Source: Octopus bimaculoides
Lineage: Eukaryota
DNA length: 64,000 nt
NCBI RefSeq assembly: GCF_001194135.2
Contig: NC_068981.1
Coordinates: forward strand, 92,528,292 to 92,592,291
Direction of reading: 5' to 3'
Shown here: positions 37,596 through 52,011 of the stretch, piece after piece
How positions within the stretch are numbered: position 1 is the stretch's first letter
Layout of the letters: each line of letters starts with the position of its first letter
Translations under genes and position numbers: made by a program
The notes under the pieces: generated by a model
Seen by the model: the letters and a program-made list of their open reading frames with translations, nothing else
Databases searched by the model: none
What the model was told of the DNA's origin: nothing

Positions 37596-39606
37596 CGTGC
37601 GTGTGTGTGTGTGCGCGCGTGTGTGTATGTGTGTGTATACGTACAAATAAACATATACATACACAAACACAGATATAAGCGTAACCTTATATTTAACAGT
37701 ACCTGTTTATAAAATTATATATATGAAAGTGTGCATGCATTCGTGCATATATGCGTGTATGTATTAATATGTATATGTATGTATATATGTGTATATATAT
37801 ATANNNNNNNNNNNNNNNNNNNNNNNNNNNNNNNNNNNNNNNNNNNNNNNNNNNNNNNNNNNNNNNNNNNNNNNNNNNNNNNNNNNNNNNNNNNNNNNNN
37901 NNNNNNNNNNNNNNNNNNNNNNNNNNNNNNNNNNNNNNNNNNNNNNNNNNNNNNNNNNNNNNNNNNNNNNNNNNNNNNNNNNNNNNNNNNNNNNNNNNNN
38001 NNNNNNNNNNNNNNNNNNNNNNNNNNNNNNNNNNNNNNNNNNNNNNNNNNNNNNNNNNNNNNNNNNNNNNNNNNNNNNNNNNNNNNNNNNNNNNNNNNNN
38101 NNNNNNNNNNNNNNNNNNNNNNNNNNNNNNNNNNNNNNNNNNNNNNNNNNNNNNNNNNNNNNNNNNNNNNNNNNNNNNNNNNNNNNNNNNNNNNNNNNNN
38201 NNNNNNNNNNNNNNNNNNNNNNNNNNNNNNNNNNNNNNNNNNNNNNNNNNNNNNNNNNNNNNNNNNNNNNNNNNNNNNNNNNNNNNNNNNNNNNNNNNNN
38301 NNNNNNNNNNNNNNNNNNNNNNNNNNNNNNNNNNNNNNNNNNNNNNNNNNNNNNNNNNTATATATATATATATCTTCATATGCGAATATAAATACACATG
38401 CGTACTCTAAATTATATGCTTATTAAGGTCATCAAGCTGGCGAAAAGGAAAATTAATTTCTTACGGCTGAATAAATAACGCATTTTAAAGAAATAAATAC
38501 ATATTTGTTATTCCGTCTAACAACGAAAATGATAATGAATTTAAAGCTATTTATGTTTTAGATTTAATACTTTTGTCAGAAAAATATTTAACTTATAGCA
38601 AACGATGGCGTATTTATTCGTTAACAAATATTTTAAATGATGCTACTTGTTGTCAGTCTCTTGCTATTTGAACAGTATATGAGTAGAATTTGACCGTAAT
38701 CAAGTAAATATTTGCAAGAATGGAGTAGATTTTAACCGAACACGAACGCGTGATGCACCGGACATATTTTCCTGATGTTCACGCGATACATATGAGACAT
38801 ATTTGCATTTTGTTTGATATATCACAGTATATGAAAGGGAAAATTTCATAACACAGAACTCGTGAAATAGGGGCTAACTAAAATTATGTAAAAAAAACCG
38901 TGGAGATTTAGGACAAACTTATGAATATTCGTTAGAAACAGAAGCGGATACAGCCTAAATTTCTGAAAGAAATGAATCATCAGTTGCTATCAGTAAGTCG
39001 AAACGCATAGTAAATCTAAAATGCAATTTTCATTACAATACGTATTATTACTTTCATTGTTAATATTATAATCTTCCTATTATGCGCGACCAAAATTGCA
39101 TTGTAAATATTCATTTATTGCCATTCAGTAGATACCTTCTCCAATTCTCACAACCAAGCATCAAATGCAGGACTGCATAGAACAATTTCAAATGCCATTC
39201 TTTTTCTATTAAATCCGTTTTAAGTAATAACTCCATTTTCTTACTTTTATTGTCATTTTTTTTCCATACCAGATATTCATACAATTTTCTTCACTTTTTC
39301 ATGAAATTATTCTAATATTTCCATTAAGTACTGTTTTTCTGCAAGGTCTATTTTCAATAATAAAAGCTTCTTTCTAAGAGTCTTTATTATTTAAAAGTAG
39401 AACAGCTATGCACATAATTACACACAATCATATTTATTCATGCACTGACGCGCACACACATACATAAACACACACACACACACAAACACGTACACACGCA
39501 CATACACACACAAATATATATATATATATATATATATAGATAGATAGATAGATAGATAGAGGGAGAGAGAGAGGGAGAGATAGATAGATGGATAACACGC
39601 ACACAC

Positions 39607-39649
<43 letters not shown>

Positions 39650-42600
39650 TATATATATACATATTCATATTCCTACAAGCTTACATTCTCACACAGACAC
39701 GCACACATATATATGTGTGTGGATTAATGAATGGATGGATGGATGGATGGATTAATGAACAGATGGAGAAGAGAAATAGGAAGCGCTGTAAAAATAAAAG
39801 CAGGGAAATCTATTTAACAACGTATCAGTGCAGTAGTTGTGAATTTCACTTCCGGCAGAATAAGTCCATTTAGGAATCAATCTGTAGAATTTCAATACCC
39901 AAATTACAAATAAACTATATAAGACCAGCCTGCTTTGTGAACCTCGACCCTGAGAGTTAATAGAAATAACTTAAGGTTACTGCTTCTGATATATCTGCGT
40001 TCGTGAAATGGTTTTGCTGTTGCAACATTACATCTATTGTTCTATTTCAGGAAACCCTGATAGTTCGGGTCGTAAACAATGATGTCTACAAGGATCCAAT
40101 GCAATTCATTCCTGAATTTAAATGTAAGATTCCATTCAGAGAGAATACCGTTCTTTGATAGACAAAATATCGATTGCACCAAGGTAAGGCGGTGCAACTA
40201 ACTACATGTAAGTTCACGCTTTAAATAACCTACATTGAACTTACTTTTCACTCACACACTAATTGTGAAAGTAGTATCATTTCCATAATTCAGTAATAAT
40301 TTTAAAAGAAAATTGGAAAAATTATAGTATTATATGAGTAGTAGAAATTATATAATATTTTGTATATTATGTTCTTCCCATTAGAATGATAACATATACT
40401 AGATAGGCTCAATCTTGTTTGATTTGTGACACTTGTAAACTCGTACCTCTACTACCATGGCACTTCGTTACTATGTTATCCTCTCCAAATTCCCTACCAG
40501 CAATTTGTATCAGTAATGTAAAGAAAGGGCAAATAGTACTATGTAAAAGTACTCCTACTTAGTTTCTATATTTGCGAAAAATTGATATTTTATTACAAAC
40601 AAATTATCATGTAACATAGCTAAAACAGAAAAAGAATATCACTGACACTTTTAATAGAGAATCAATGCTTTTTGTTAGTGAATGCTAGAGACGCACATGC
40701 GCCCTTATGTTATCTTCCAAGTTACCCCAAGGTGATTTTGTCTTATTTCTCATTTTACGCCAGTTTCTTTGTTAGATATATGTACATGATTGATAGAGTT
40801 CCAGAAGATACGAGAGACAGTTATTATTATTTTTTAACATTTTAATTGTTTGCTTATGTTGCAGATACACGAGTGCTTTTATCTTGGCTTTCGAAATTTT
40901 TCACTTCCATGGTTTCAGTGAATATATTTATATTTGGTCCCACCTTATGGAGTTGAAATCTGAAAAACACTGTACCTTGTTGAAGTTTGAATGCCATCTT
41001 CTGGAAAGTAACATTCATTCAAAGTTTACACATTCTCCATAGGTAGGTTTTGCAAGTTTATAATTATATATTATATACTCACATCTTGAATTTAATCTAG
41101 CTTTGCGCGCTATGTTGTATAATTCAGAAGGTTTTCATTCATTTTCACTCACGAAAATAATTATGATTGGGTTGGCTCAGTTGATATTCATGGGATTGAA
41201 AATTTACTCCATTAACTCCAGCCAATCAGCGTCAAATTAACGTGGAAGGAAAATAATTTACTATCAGCAATCACAAGTACGCACAGTATTGTAATGGCAC
41301 ACAACTTCTATTACTTACTTTTTATGGTATCAACTATGTGAAAACACCACCAAGAACGGTTTGTAATTTAAAGTTTATTACCTCGATCATAAAAATTTGT
41401 AGTCTTGAGACAAAGTTTAACTATCTCTAGTTTCATGCTTTTAGGATTCTGTATTTATATTTAGATCAGTACAACTTCAAATACCAACACATATACACAG
41501 CGTGTATAATTCTAGACTATCAATTTATTTAATTTTTCCTAAGGAACAAGAATTGGTTGGATATTCTAATATCCTACGGATATTAAGATCATATTAAGTA
41601 AAACATTATATTTCTGGACGTCGTTTCATTAAATTGGACAGTATGCGATAATGTTTTCTATCATTCACAACTATTATCTCAACAACTATAGGCATCTCAA
41701 CAATATTATTACATGATATACAACTGAGTGTGCTATTTTTCTAATTTCGTTGGCCTCCTCATTTCAAAATTCTCTTTACGAGTATCTCTTTACAAACAAG
41801 CATGTTCAACAATTGTTGTGTTACGAGCTCCCATTCCCTTAAATTTTTTTTCTGAAAACAACCTGCTACATCTACTTCTAAACTTTCACCTTGTACGTTA
41901 GATTGATTTGGATTTATAGTAAAATTAATTTGGATTTATAGTCCGTGAAGAGCTTCTTGAAGTAATCACAATATTTACCGGGTACATGATAGCGTTTACA
42001 ATATCTGGGAAATTTGCTTCACCTTATATTTTTAATTGATTCTTTCATGCCAACGAGTTATACATGTCGCAAGTCTTCTTCTTGGTTACACCAAGTAAAA
42101 ATAAAAGAGATATAAATTTCAAAATTCTGCCTGTATTTCAACATTTGCATGTTACATTTTAGCTACATTGAGATAGAATGTTTTTTTTTTTAACTTGATT
42201 GAATACTGATTTTATTGCAACATTTTCACACTCCATTAAGTAACAATCCAATTTTGGTTACAAATATATACATTATAAACGAAATTTAATCTGAAACAAC
42301 GAGCAGAATGTTTGTTTATTCACTAACTTGTTTCAAAATACCAATTGATTTGGAAAAAAAAAATGAAATGATTTGCAAAATCTTGTTCACATCTAAAGCG
42401 GATTATTTTGATACTTGATTAAATGAGTACTTTTTCAACTTCATTTGTTTTACTTACCATGAACTGCATGTTTTGCGAATGAAAAGGAGTTAAGTCGCTG
42501 ACGTTAGTATTCTTTTTTAAATTTCAGGATTCTATGAAGTGAATTTCTGCCATTTACTCTGAAAGGAAAATAGAACTCATGTGTCATTGGTTCCTAGTGT

Positions 42601-44629
42601 ATGAGTATACGTCTATTTACATTGCATTTGTTCTGAGTTAAATGCATCTGTTTTCCACAATAAGCTTTCAACATTTGCTTAAGATTTAAAATTAGAAAAT
42701 CTCAGCTCTCAATAACTAATCTTACGCTAGTTTGAGTTAATTTTGATATAAGATATTCCTTTATCTCGAAATAGAAAAATACTGCTAAGCACTAAAGATT
42801 TATTGAATTCAGATATACAGTGCAATGTGACTATATACTTACCAAAGTAGAATTAACAGAAAAATGAAATATTCTTCAATAGTAAAATTTCTTTTCATAA
42901 ATGCCACTGTGATAAAGTATAGATGCAAACATTATAATGGTAAAAAGAAGTTCGCATAAAATTCGCGTAAAATCTCACTGCTTGAAAATTCATATGTTGT
43001 CTTACATAGTCTTGGGTTGGATAATTGTTTCGGAGTGAAATTGCGTTGAGAAAAGCAAGTATGTATAATTATATCTTTGTGTAACCTATGTATTTAGTCC
43101 ATAAATAGGAAATTATTGTGACAAACGTATTCACGAATTACCTAAACTCAATAATATAAGTTCAAGTTTAAGCATTCGGATAGATATGATGGTTGGGAAA
43201 TTTTGAAGATTGTACCCATCGTGGATTACAGTCCAATAACAATTCATAAGTTGATCAATAAAAGTGTCTTCGTTGACTAAATGTGTATAGTAAAGAATCG
43301 ATGGAAAACAGTGTTTGATCACGAATATTTCTTTTGTTATTGCAGTTAATTATCTTTATAATGTTGGTTCCGTTCATACTAATCTGGGTTGCAAGTCAGT
43401 TTAATAAATGTCTATACATTTGTATTAACATTGAATATATGTAGACAACTTCGAGATACATAGTAGATTTTTATTTAAAACGTTCGTCTAAATAAATTCA
43501 ATCATTACGACGTTATACATTCAATGCAATTCCAGAGATGTATAGCGTTACGCAAGAGCGAAGTATTCTAGGTAACCATCCATACAGCAAATTACCAGAA
43601 TGTCCATTTAAATAGTCATCTAGAATCGGTAATAATATTCCAGTCTCTCATCTGCCAGGAAGTAAAGTGCTTATTCAAACTATAAAACTTTTGCAGGCAT
43701 TACAAAATATATGAAGTGTGAAATAATCTGTCCCAAATATTTGCAACCTTAACAATGTCATGTAGTTCTGTACCAACAAAAACAGACGAAACAGTGACAA
43801 AGGTTATTATATAGATTGAAAAGATATGCTAGGTCCTACTTTCTCCCCTAAGTGAATTTTTGTTTAAAACCATGTATATATTCAATTAGGGATTCAAATA
43901 AAACGGCTATTTTTCGTAAGATATATTTTCGTTTTGGTAATATATAGCAATGGGCAAAGTCAACAGATATTAAGTTACAATCTGTATGAATGTGTGCACA
44001 GACGGATATTGAATATACACTAATATGTAATAAAGATCGACAAAAGGTGAAGCGGCATACTTTAACTGACAAACGATTTGAAATAGGTTGTCGTTCTGCA
44101 TTTCAATCATCTGCGTACAATACGCAGAGAAACGAACCCCTCAAGATACCGACCTGTAACGCATTACTCGTGGTCGTATTCTTCAAATGCTAAATATACA
44201 GTTAGTGTGAAATGGATTTCTTTTATGATTCTGATCTCGATTCACACGAATCACATATACATAAAAAAACACTTTCCTAAGAAATGTTACAAAACGTGAA
44301 CTTCATACTTTATATAAACAATAAATTTAGTTTTCAGTAGTCTTTGTATATGTTGTGGCTGCAGTTGCCTACTTTCTAGCCTTAAAGGGAAGTTTACCTC
44401 CATCAATTTCACAAGTCTCGTGTCAGGAATGTTAATTTGACCATCACTTTTCTCCATTATAATCTAATGCTATTACGCAGATTTACGGAAGTAGTCAGCT
44501 CAGTAACATCTCGTTGCAGATACATAGGGGGCAGTAGGTATTATTCTCGATATATTATATGAATTTCTTTTTATGTCTTTCTATATTTAATGCAACCTGC
44601 TTCATCATTTATATTTTTATCTTTATTAA

Positions 44630-45778
44630 TCATCTGATGCGTTGGACTGCAGCCATATGCAGGGCATCGACTTGAAGGCCCTTTCTCGAAGAAGTTAAAC
44701 CCAGATATTTACTCTATCGCTCACTTTGCCGAACCGTTAAGTTATGACATACACATTGCACCACACATTGTTAAGCAGTTGATCAATCACAAACTCAAAG
44801 GCATATATACACGTATATATATATATATATATNNNNNNNNNNNNNNNNNNNNNNNNNNNNNNNNNNNNNNNNNNNNNNNNNNNNNNNNNNNNNNNNNNNN
44901 NNNNNNNNNNNNNNNNNNNNNNNNNNNNNNNNNNNNNNNNNNNNNNNNNNNNNNNNNNNNNNNNNNNNNNNNNNNNNNNNNNNNNNNNNNNNNNNNNNNN
45001 NNNNNNNNNNNNNNNNNNNNNNNNNNNNNNNNNNNNNNNNNNNNNNNNNNNNNNNNNNNNNNNNNNNNNNNNNNNNNNNNNNNNNNNNNNNNNNNNNNNN
45101 NNNNNNNNNNNNNNNNNNNNNNNNNNNNNNNNNNNNNNNNNNNNNNNNNNNNNNNNNNNNNNNNNNNNNNNNNNNNNNNNNNNNNNNNNNNNNNNNNNNN
45201 NNNNNNNNNNNNNNNNNNNNNNNNNNNNNNNNNNNNNNNNNNNNNNNNNNNNNNNNNNNNNNNNNNNNNNNNNNNNNNNNNNNNNNNNNNNNNNNNNNNN
45301 NNNNNNNNNNNNNNNNNNNNNNNNNNNNNNNNNNNNNNNNNNNNNNNNNNNNNNNNNNNNNNNNNNNNNNNNNNNNNNNNNNNNNNNNNNNNNNNNNNNN
45401 NNNNNNNNNNNNNNNNNNNNNNNNNNNNNNNNNNNNNNNNNNNNNNNNNNNNNNNNNNNNNNNNNNNNNNNNNNNNNNNNNNNNNNNNNNNNNNNNNNNN
45501 NNNNNNNNNNNNNNNNNNNNNNNNNNNNNNNNNNNNNNNNNNNNNNNNNNNNNNNNNNNNNNNNNNNNNNNNNNNNNNNNNNNNNNNNNNNNNNNNNNNN
45601 NNNNNNNNNNNNNNNNNNNNNNNNNNNNNNNNNNNNNNNNNNNNNNNNNNNNNNNNNNNNNNNNNNNNNNNNNNNNNNNNNNNNNNNNNNNNNNNNNNNN
45701 NNNNNNNNNNNNNNNNNNNNNNNNNNNNNNNNNNNNNNNNNNNNNNNNNNNNNNNNNNNNNNNNNNNNNNNNNNNNNN

Positions 45779-45811
<33 letters not shown>

Positions 45812-46032
45812 CACACATGTAATTATGTGTTTCCCTATGAGTCTGTGTGTGTGTGTGTGTGTGTGTATACATATACAAAGGGAATCTTTTCGGTTTACCT
45901 CTACTAAATCCACTCACAAGATTTTGGTCAGTCTGAAGTTATAAAAGAAGCAACTTACCCAAGTAGCCACTTGGTGGGACTGAACACGCAATCATGTAAC
46001 TGAAAAATAAACTTCTTAAAACACAGCCATGC
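44630..46032 (-). mobile_element. SINE family B whose internal microsatellite spans the gap at 44833-45778
   Basis: The head at 45870-46032 (minus strand GCATGGCTGTG..GTTCAGTCCCAC..CTTGTGAGTGGATTTAGTAGA) and the 3' body at 44630-44800 (minus strand ..ATAACTTAACGGTTCGGCAAA..GATAGAGTAA..ATGGCTGCAGTC) are on the same strand and in the right order on either side of (TA)n/N. Confidence 0.65.
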
Positions 46033-47413
46033 AAATATTTATTCTTCAATATTTTATAGGACGCTCATTAATAATATTTACATGACAACACGTTAATGTA
46101 CATATTGGGATTTTAATCATATTATTTCTACAAAAAACAAACAATGTAACTTACGTAAACAAACTAGATTACGATTTATTTATTACAAATACATATTTCT
46201 ATTCCTAGACAATAACGAAAATGAAAGACGAATTGTGTATGCCTAATCATAGTAAATTGTTAGCTACTGTAATGTAATATAAAAGCCATGCTTTTTACTT
46301 AATTGGGTATATGTATTTTCGCATTTCTTCTAGAAAATCTAAAAGTATTCACAATGAAATTAAGATTTTATATAAACATCCAAGAATGCCTTATATTGAT
46401 TATCGTTATATAACATTAGTCAATACAAAGTCTATTGATTAAATGCATTTGTGAACTTCATTATCATTACTTCTCCGTAGGTATAATCTATAATTTCATC
46501 TACTGAAATTGGATGGATTCCTTTCGAATTCGAGAAACAAATGTAAAAACCACTGAAAGCCAAATGTATTTTATACAAGAAGTATGACATCATACAGTCT
46601 TTGCAAAGATTATCTTCCTTATGAGCTGCAAACAACTGATGTTTAAAGAAATATATCGTTAACCGTCGTAAGTATATTAAATTATGTGTTATTTGTATTA
46701 CGTGTGAAATTTTAAACATTGTCTTGAATCATAACCGTCAGCTTAAATTCTGAAATTGGGAGTTCTAGGAGTACGAGTTATGTCTACATTGCTATAAAGA
46801 AAGTAAACTTCCTAAAACAATTTTGAGGCTCATAATTCTAAACAATTAATTTCATTAGAAACGTTGACACAGATATCATTGAGGAAGTCAATTAACTAAT
46901 ATATCCCAGTATTTGCCTATATATTCGCAAAGCTTATATACATTTATTCTCTCTTATTTGCTTCCCCAAATACCGCACTAAATGAATCAGTGATGAATGC
47001 ATGATAGAAAGAATGGAAGAAATGGGCCTGTTCCGACACCTTATGGACCAAATACTAACCTTATTGCAGATGCTCGCTGTTGTCTATTCCGGGGTCCAAG
47101 CAGAATTTCTAACTTATAGCCCAACTGTGTTATCATAAATCAGTTAGTGATATGTGTAACACAGAACAATTGAGTGTTACGCATCTCCTGGTTCACATAT
47201 GAAGGAATATGCAATGAACAAGGATAGATGTATATCACATCTAAAATATACCGATTTTGTTGATCTAATACAAAACTATATTGCTGTTGCTTTGTTGCGG
47301 GATTTCCAATGTATGTAAATTATGGCGATAATAGTAGATAATACATTATGCACTAAGAAACGTAATTCATTTTCTTATAATGAAAATGAGAGGAAACGAA
47401 TTATATATATATA

Positions 47414-47470
<57 letters not shown>

Positions 47471-47561
47471 GCGTGTGCGTGTGCGTGTGCCTGTGCGTGT
47501 GCGTGTGTGTGTGTGTGTGTGAGAGTATGTGTGTGTATACATATATACATGTGTGTGTATG

Positions 47562-48857
47562 TGTAATGCGTGTGTGTGAGGTGAGTCAAGGAAGCCATTA
47601 TTTTTTGTCGCGGATTGACACAGTTGTGTTCTGGCAACTGTAACTAATCAGAGCTGGTCGTGCACCTATAAAAGTAGCAGCCATCAACCCAGCAGAAGTG
47701 TGCCTTTTAGCACTCAGTCATCAGAAGACCTCGACGCCACAACCATGAGCCAAGAGATCTCTATAACAGTCCGCAAACAGATTTCCACAACCGACTGCGG
47801 GCAGATCTTGACATTTCACACCAGCCTTCGTACCAACAGCTATTGCCTGTTTCTATTTCTTACATCTTTTGCACGGCGACGTTTCATGCCTGCCCTGCTG
47901 CTGAACGATGGAGCGAGTACCGCCCTATGCTATTCCTGTGCATTTAGCCTGCGTTCAAGGCGGATGTCGGATACTCCCCAGCCGAACTGCTGTATGGTGC
48001 TCCATTGTCTTTACTGTGGCAGATCCTCACCCCGGTTGACCTGTCTCTTCAGGATCCAGCACTTTACCTGAACCGCCTTCGTTCATATTTTCAGGACCTA
48101 CCACCAATGAGCACTCGAGATCAAACTGTAAAACCTGCGGCCCCGAGGAACGTTGCCTCGTGGACCGACGTTTTTGTCAGAAATGACGCCGCGAGATGTT
48201 CTCTCACCACTCCTTACGCAGGACCTTCTCGCGTACTGGCACACACCAACAAACATTTCACAAGTGACCATAATGATTGTAGAGACACTGTCTCTGTCGA
48301 TAGAATGAAGATAACCTACACGGATGCTGATACCCCAGCGACACATACACCCTCCACACATATCTCGCCACACACACACATATACCCTCTACACATATGG
48401 CTTCACAAACAACTCCCCCACCTTTACCACGATACGTTACGGCAACTCCCATTGGCCCGAAAGACTTTGTGAAGATTTTTGTAAATGAAAGTGCCCTGAG
48501 TGTCTTTAACAGTATTTTTGCATGCTTGCTTTTGCTTAATATATTCATTTTTCTTTTCTTGCATTGGTGTGAATATACTGCTTGCATTTGATATTTCTTT
48601 TTATTGATCGTATCGACTTATAATGTGACGTGGGGTCAGGTAGTGAGAAAAGGAAGCCATTATTGTCGCGAATTGGCACAGTTGTGTTTTAGCCAATCAG
48701 AGCTGGCCGTGTACCTATAAAAGTAGCAGCCACAACCGTCAGCGAACAGATCCCCATGATTGTCAGCAGACAGATTTCCACAACCGACAGCGGACTGATC
48801 TTGACATTTCACACTTGCCTTCATGCCACCAGCTATTGCCTGTTTGTATTTCTTACA
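47562..48857 (+). mobile_element. Gypsy-type LTR retrotransposon, internally deleted (two LTRs plus integrase C-terminus)
   Basis: LTR1 at about 47562-47864 and LTR2 at 48624-48857 both run TG...CTTACA and share AAGGAAGCCATTA, CACAGTTGTGTT, AATCAGAGCTGG, CCTATAAAAGTAGCAGCC and GATTTCCACAACCGAC. The interior reads WSEY..AFKADVGYSPAELLYG..YLNRLRSYF..VFVRNDA..PYAGPSRV..DTVSVDRMK (integrase end with a GPY/F-like motif). No TSD, PBS or PPT was recognised. Confidence 0.85.
48690..48730 (+). promoter_or_regulatory. LTR promoter motifs (CCAAT box and TATA box)
   Basis: CCAATCAGAG lies about 20 bp upstream of CTATAAAAG in LTR2. LTR1 has the same TATA at about 47667 and a TAATCAGAG variant. Activity is unknown. 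Confidence 0.5.
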
Positions 48858-49097
48858 CCCTTAGTACCGCAAACATCTAACTAATTTTTACATTTGTAAG
48901 TTTCAAGGCTTCCCTCTGACTCCTACATATATTCGCTCATTTTGCTCAGCAACTGTCAAAAATCCAAATGAAATTACTATGCTCTATTAAAAAACATGCC
49001 TTCTAACATATATTTCTACATACACTTCATTCCACGTTATATTGTGACATTGTCAACTTCGAACACGTTATATCCAACATCGTTGTATTTGTATATA

Positions 49098-50305
49098 CAC
49101 AGATGTGACAGAAATGAATAAACAGCCCATAAAATATCGCTTTATGTTTATTCTTGTAAAAGTTTGTATTTTTTATTAAGTAACATTTTTGGTTCAGGTT
49201 CTATATGTGACTGTTTAACCATGCCATGTACAAAAGAAGCCTCGGAAATGTTTGAATTTCAAAACGGCCGTACTGTGGGTTGTTCCGAAAGTGAAAATAG
49301 TCAGCGTAAAATCGCAGACAATCTTGGGATCCCCCTTTTTACAGTCAATAGAGGTATTGTGCAATTCACCAGAGAGGAGAAGGAGTCCGCAGCACTTCTC
49401 CCAAACCAGCCAGGGCCTTCTGACAGAACCCGTCTCTTTGTAAAGAGAAGTGTGGAGGATAATCTTCGTTGCAAGGCCTGTGACGTAGCAGAATAAGTTG
49501 ATGTCAGTCCCAGAACAGCTGTCAGATGTTTCCACAAACTTGGTTACTATGGCAGAGCAGCAAGAAACAAGCCGTTTCTTCGACCAGCCAACATCAAGTG
49601 AAGAAAAGATTGGGCCAGTGAGATGTTGGAGAGGCCACTAACATTTTGGAACACTGTCATATTCTCTGATGAGACCAGATTTACAGTATTTCCTCACAGT
49701 GTTCGAGTGTGGGTCTGGAGACATTCAGCTCAAGAATTTGATGTCAAAAATTGTAGCCAACAATGAAACACAGCAACTATTCTGTGATGGTCTGGGGAGC
49801 AATTTGGAGCAATAGTTGATCACAGCTGGTAAAGTGTGAGGGAAAGATAAACTCAGATAAATATATGTCCTTCCAATCTTCTACAGTGGCGAAATGATTA
49901 AAGAAGACTCTTTATCTATGGAAGATGGGGCTCTTTGTCACACGGCTAAAATGACCCAAGGTTTGTTGGATACAATTGGCATTAAAAAGCTTCCATGGCC
50001 AAGTCAGTCAGCACATATGAACGCTATTGAACACCTCTGAGAGCTAATGGACAGCACACTTCATAAAAAGAACAAGAAATCATCTTCATATTGAGATTAC
50101 TGCATGAAATTCCGCAAGAAAATATTCGTCATCTGGTCATCAACAGTCCTAATAAGGTCCTTGCATTGCAAAATGCAAAGGGCATATCTACTAAATATTA
50201 AATATTCACATTATAACAATAAATAAATAATTTGAATGAATAATTTCAGATTGAAATACATTTTAATGATTATAAAGTTGCCTTTTTACTTCTGTCATTT
50301 CTGTG
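49098..50305 (+). mobile_element. Near full-length Tc1-family DNA transposon (DD34E), inactivated
   Basis: Imperfect TIRs CACAGATGTGACAGAA.. / ..TTCTGTCATTTCTGTG have TA on both flanks. The transposase runs from ATG 49221 to stop 50199-50201, with an HTH region (SQRKIADNLGIPLFTV), VIFSDETRF, VMVWGAI, MEDGALCH and LPWPSQSAHMNAIEHL. I counted 34 residues between the second D and the E. There are several stops and frameshifts. Confidence 0.92.
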
Positions 50306-52011
50306 TATGTATATAAATATATATATATACATACATATATNNNNNNNNNNNNNNNNNNNNNNNNNNNNNNNNNNNNNNNNNNNNNNNNNNNNNNNNNNNN
50401 NNNNNNNNNNNNNNNNNNNNNNNNNNNNNNNNNNNNNNNNNNNNNNNNNNNNNNNNNNNNNNNNNNNNNNNNNNNNNNNNNNNNNNNNNNNNNNNNNNNN
50501 NNNNNNNNNNNNNNNNNNNNNNNNNNNNNNNNNNNNNNNNNNNNNNNNNNNNNNNNNNNNNNNNNNNNNNNNNNNNNNNNNNNNNNNNNNNNNNNNNNNN
50601 NNNNNNNNNNNNNNNNNNNNNNNNNNNNNNNNNNNNNNNNNNNNNNNNNNNNNNNNNNNNNNNNNNNNNNNNNNNNNNNNNNNNNNNNNNNNNNNNNNNN
50701 NNNNNNNNNNNNNNNNNNNNNNNNNNNNNNNNNNNNNNNNNNNNNNNNNNNNNNNNNNNNNNNNNNNNNNNNNNNNNNNNNNNNNNNNNNNNNNNNNNNN
50801 NNNNNNNNNNNNNNNNNNNNNNNNNNNNNNNNNNNNNNNNNNNNNNNNNNNNNNNNNNNNNNNNNNNNNNNNNNNNNNNNNNNNNNNNNNNNNNNNNNNN
50901 NNNNNNNNNNNNNNNNNNNNNNNNNNNNNNNNNNNNNNNNTATATATATATATATATATATCTTTGCACTTTCATATTGTAAAATCTTCAAAATAATCGG
51001 TTTTTTGTGAAATAGAGTTCTTCTAAATTCACAGTAGGAAGATGTTTATGTTTGTAGGAGGAATCGCTAGTAATATGGCATGACTGCCAAGGGAGCCTCA
51101 GACCGTAAAACGTTTCGGAACCAACCGGTGTTCTAGGCTATGAATGACAGTCAACTTTTATATGGGAGGGAGAGAGTGATAAAGTAGAGAAAGTGAGGGA
51201 AACAGATAGTGACTAGTGGAAACAAAGTCTGCAAAATATCACCTATTTTACGTTTCATTTCCTTTTATTTCTATGAGCAATTCTGGAATTGTGTATTTTA
51301 TTTTTCGAAGCAGTGTTCAGTAGGAAGCGTCACATTATCAATCGAACATACACTTGCTAAACGTAATGGAAATTAGATTTACTCTATCTTCTAATAATTT
51401 CCCAATGTGTAAATTGTTGGAAAAAATCGTAAACATTATAAATTTATCACTTTAATTCCTTACATCAACACGATATGAACGCTACTGCTGAAACAGCACA
51501 ATTATGTATTTTTGTATGTCATTATATTTTTTAAAGATTTTAAATAATGATGTTTACATACAGATTCTATTCTCTATTATTTATGATTATAATCTCCGAC
51601 AAACAACAGATTCATTCGTTTATTGAATTTAAATTAAGTGTTAACAATCAACTAGTGAGCAAAATATTTCATATTAACTACACGGAATTTCATATCATAT
51701 ACTTCAATGGTTGAATAATCATATGAATTCTTCAGACTTTCATTAAAAACTAATATTTGGCAAATTAGCTTTAAATATATATCTGGTAAATGGAAATCTA
51801 GTAATATTCTAACAAAACAATAACATAATAATTTCAGTATATTGCGTTTATACAAACTGAAATTCTTGATTTATTTTGCTTGAGTATCATATAGTCACCT
51901 CAAAATTTATTGCAAAATTTTGTTACATATTGCAATACGATGTAAACTATTATATTTTGCTAATATTATTGATTTAGAGTAAAACAGTTTTCATTATCTT
52001 ATTTAAAAAAT

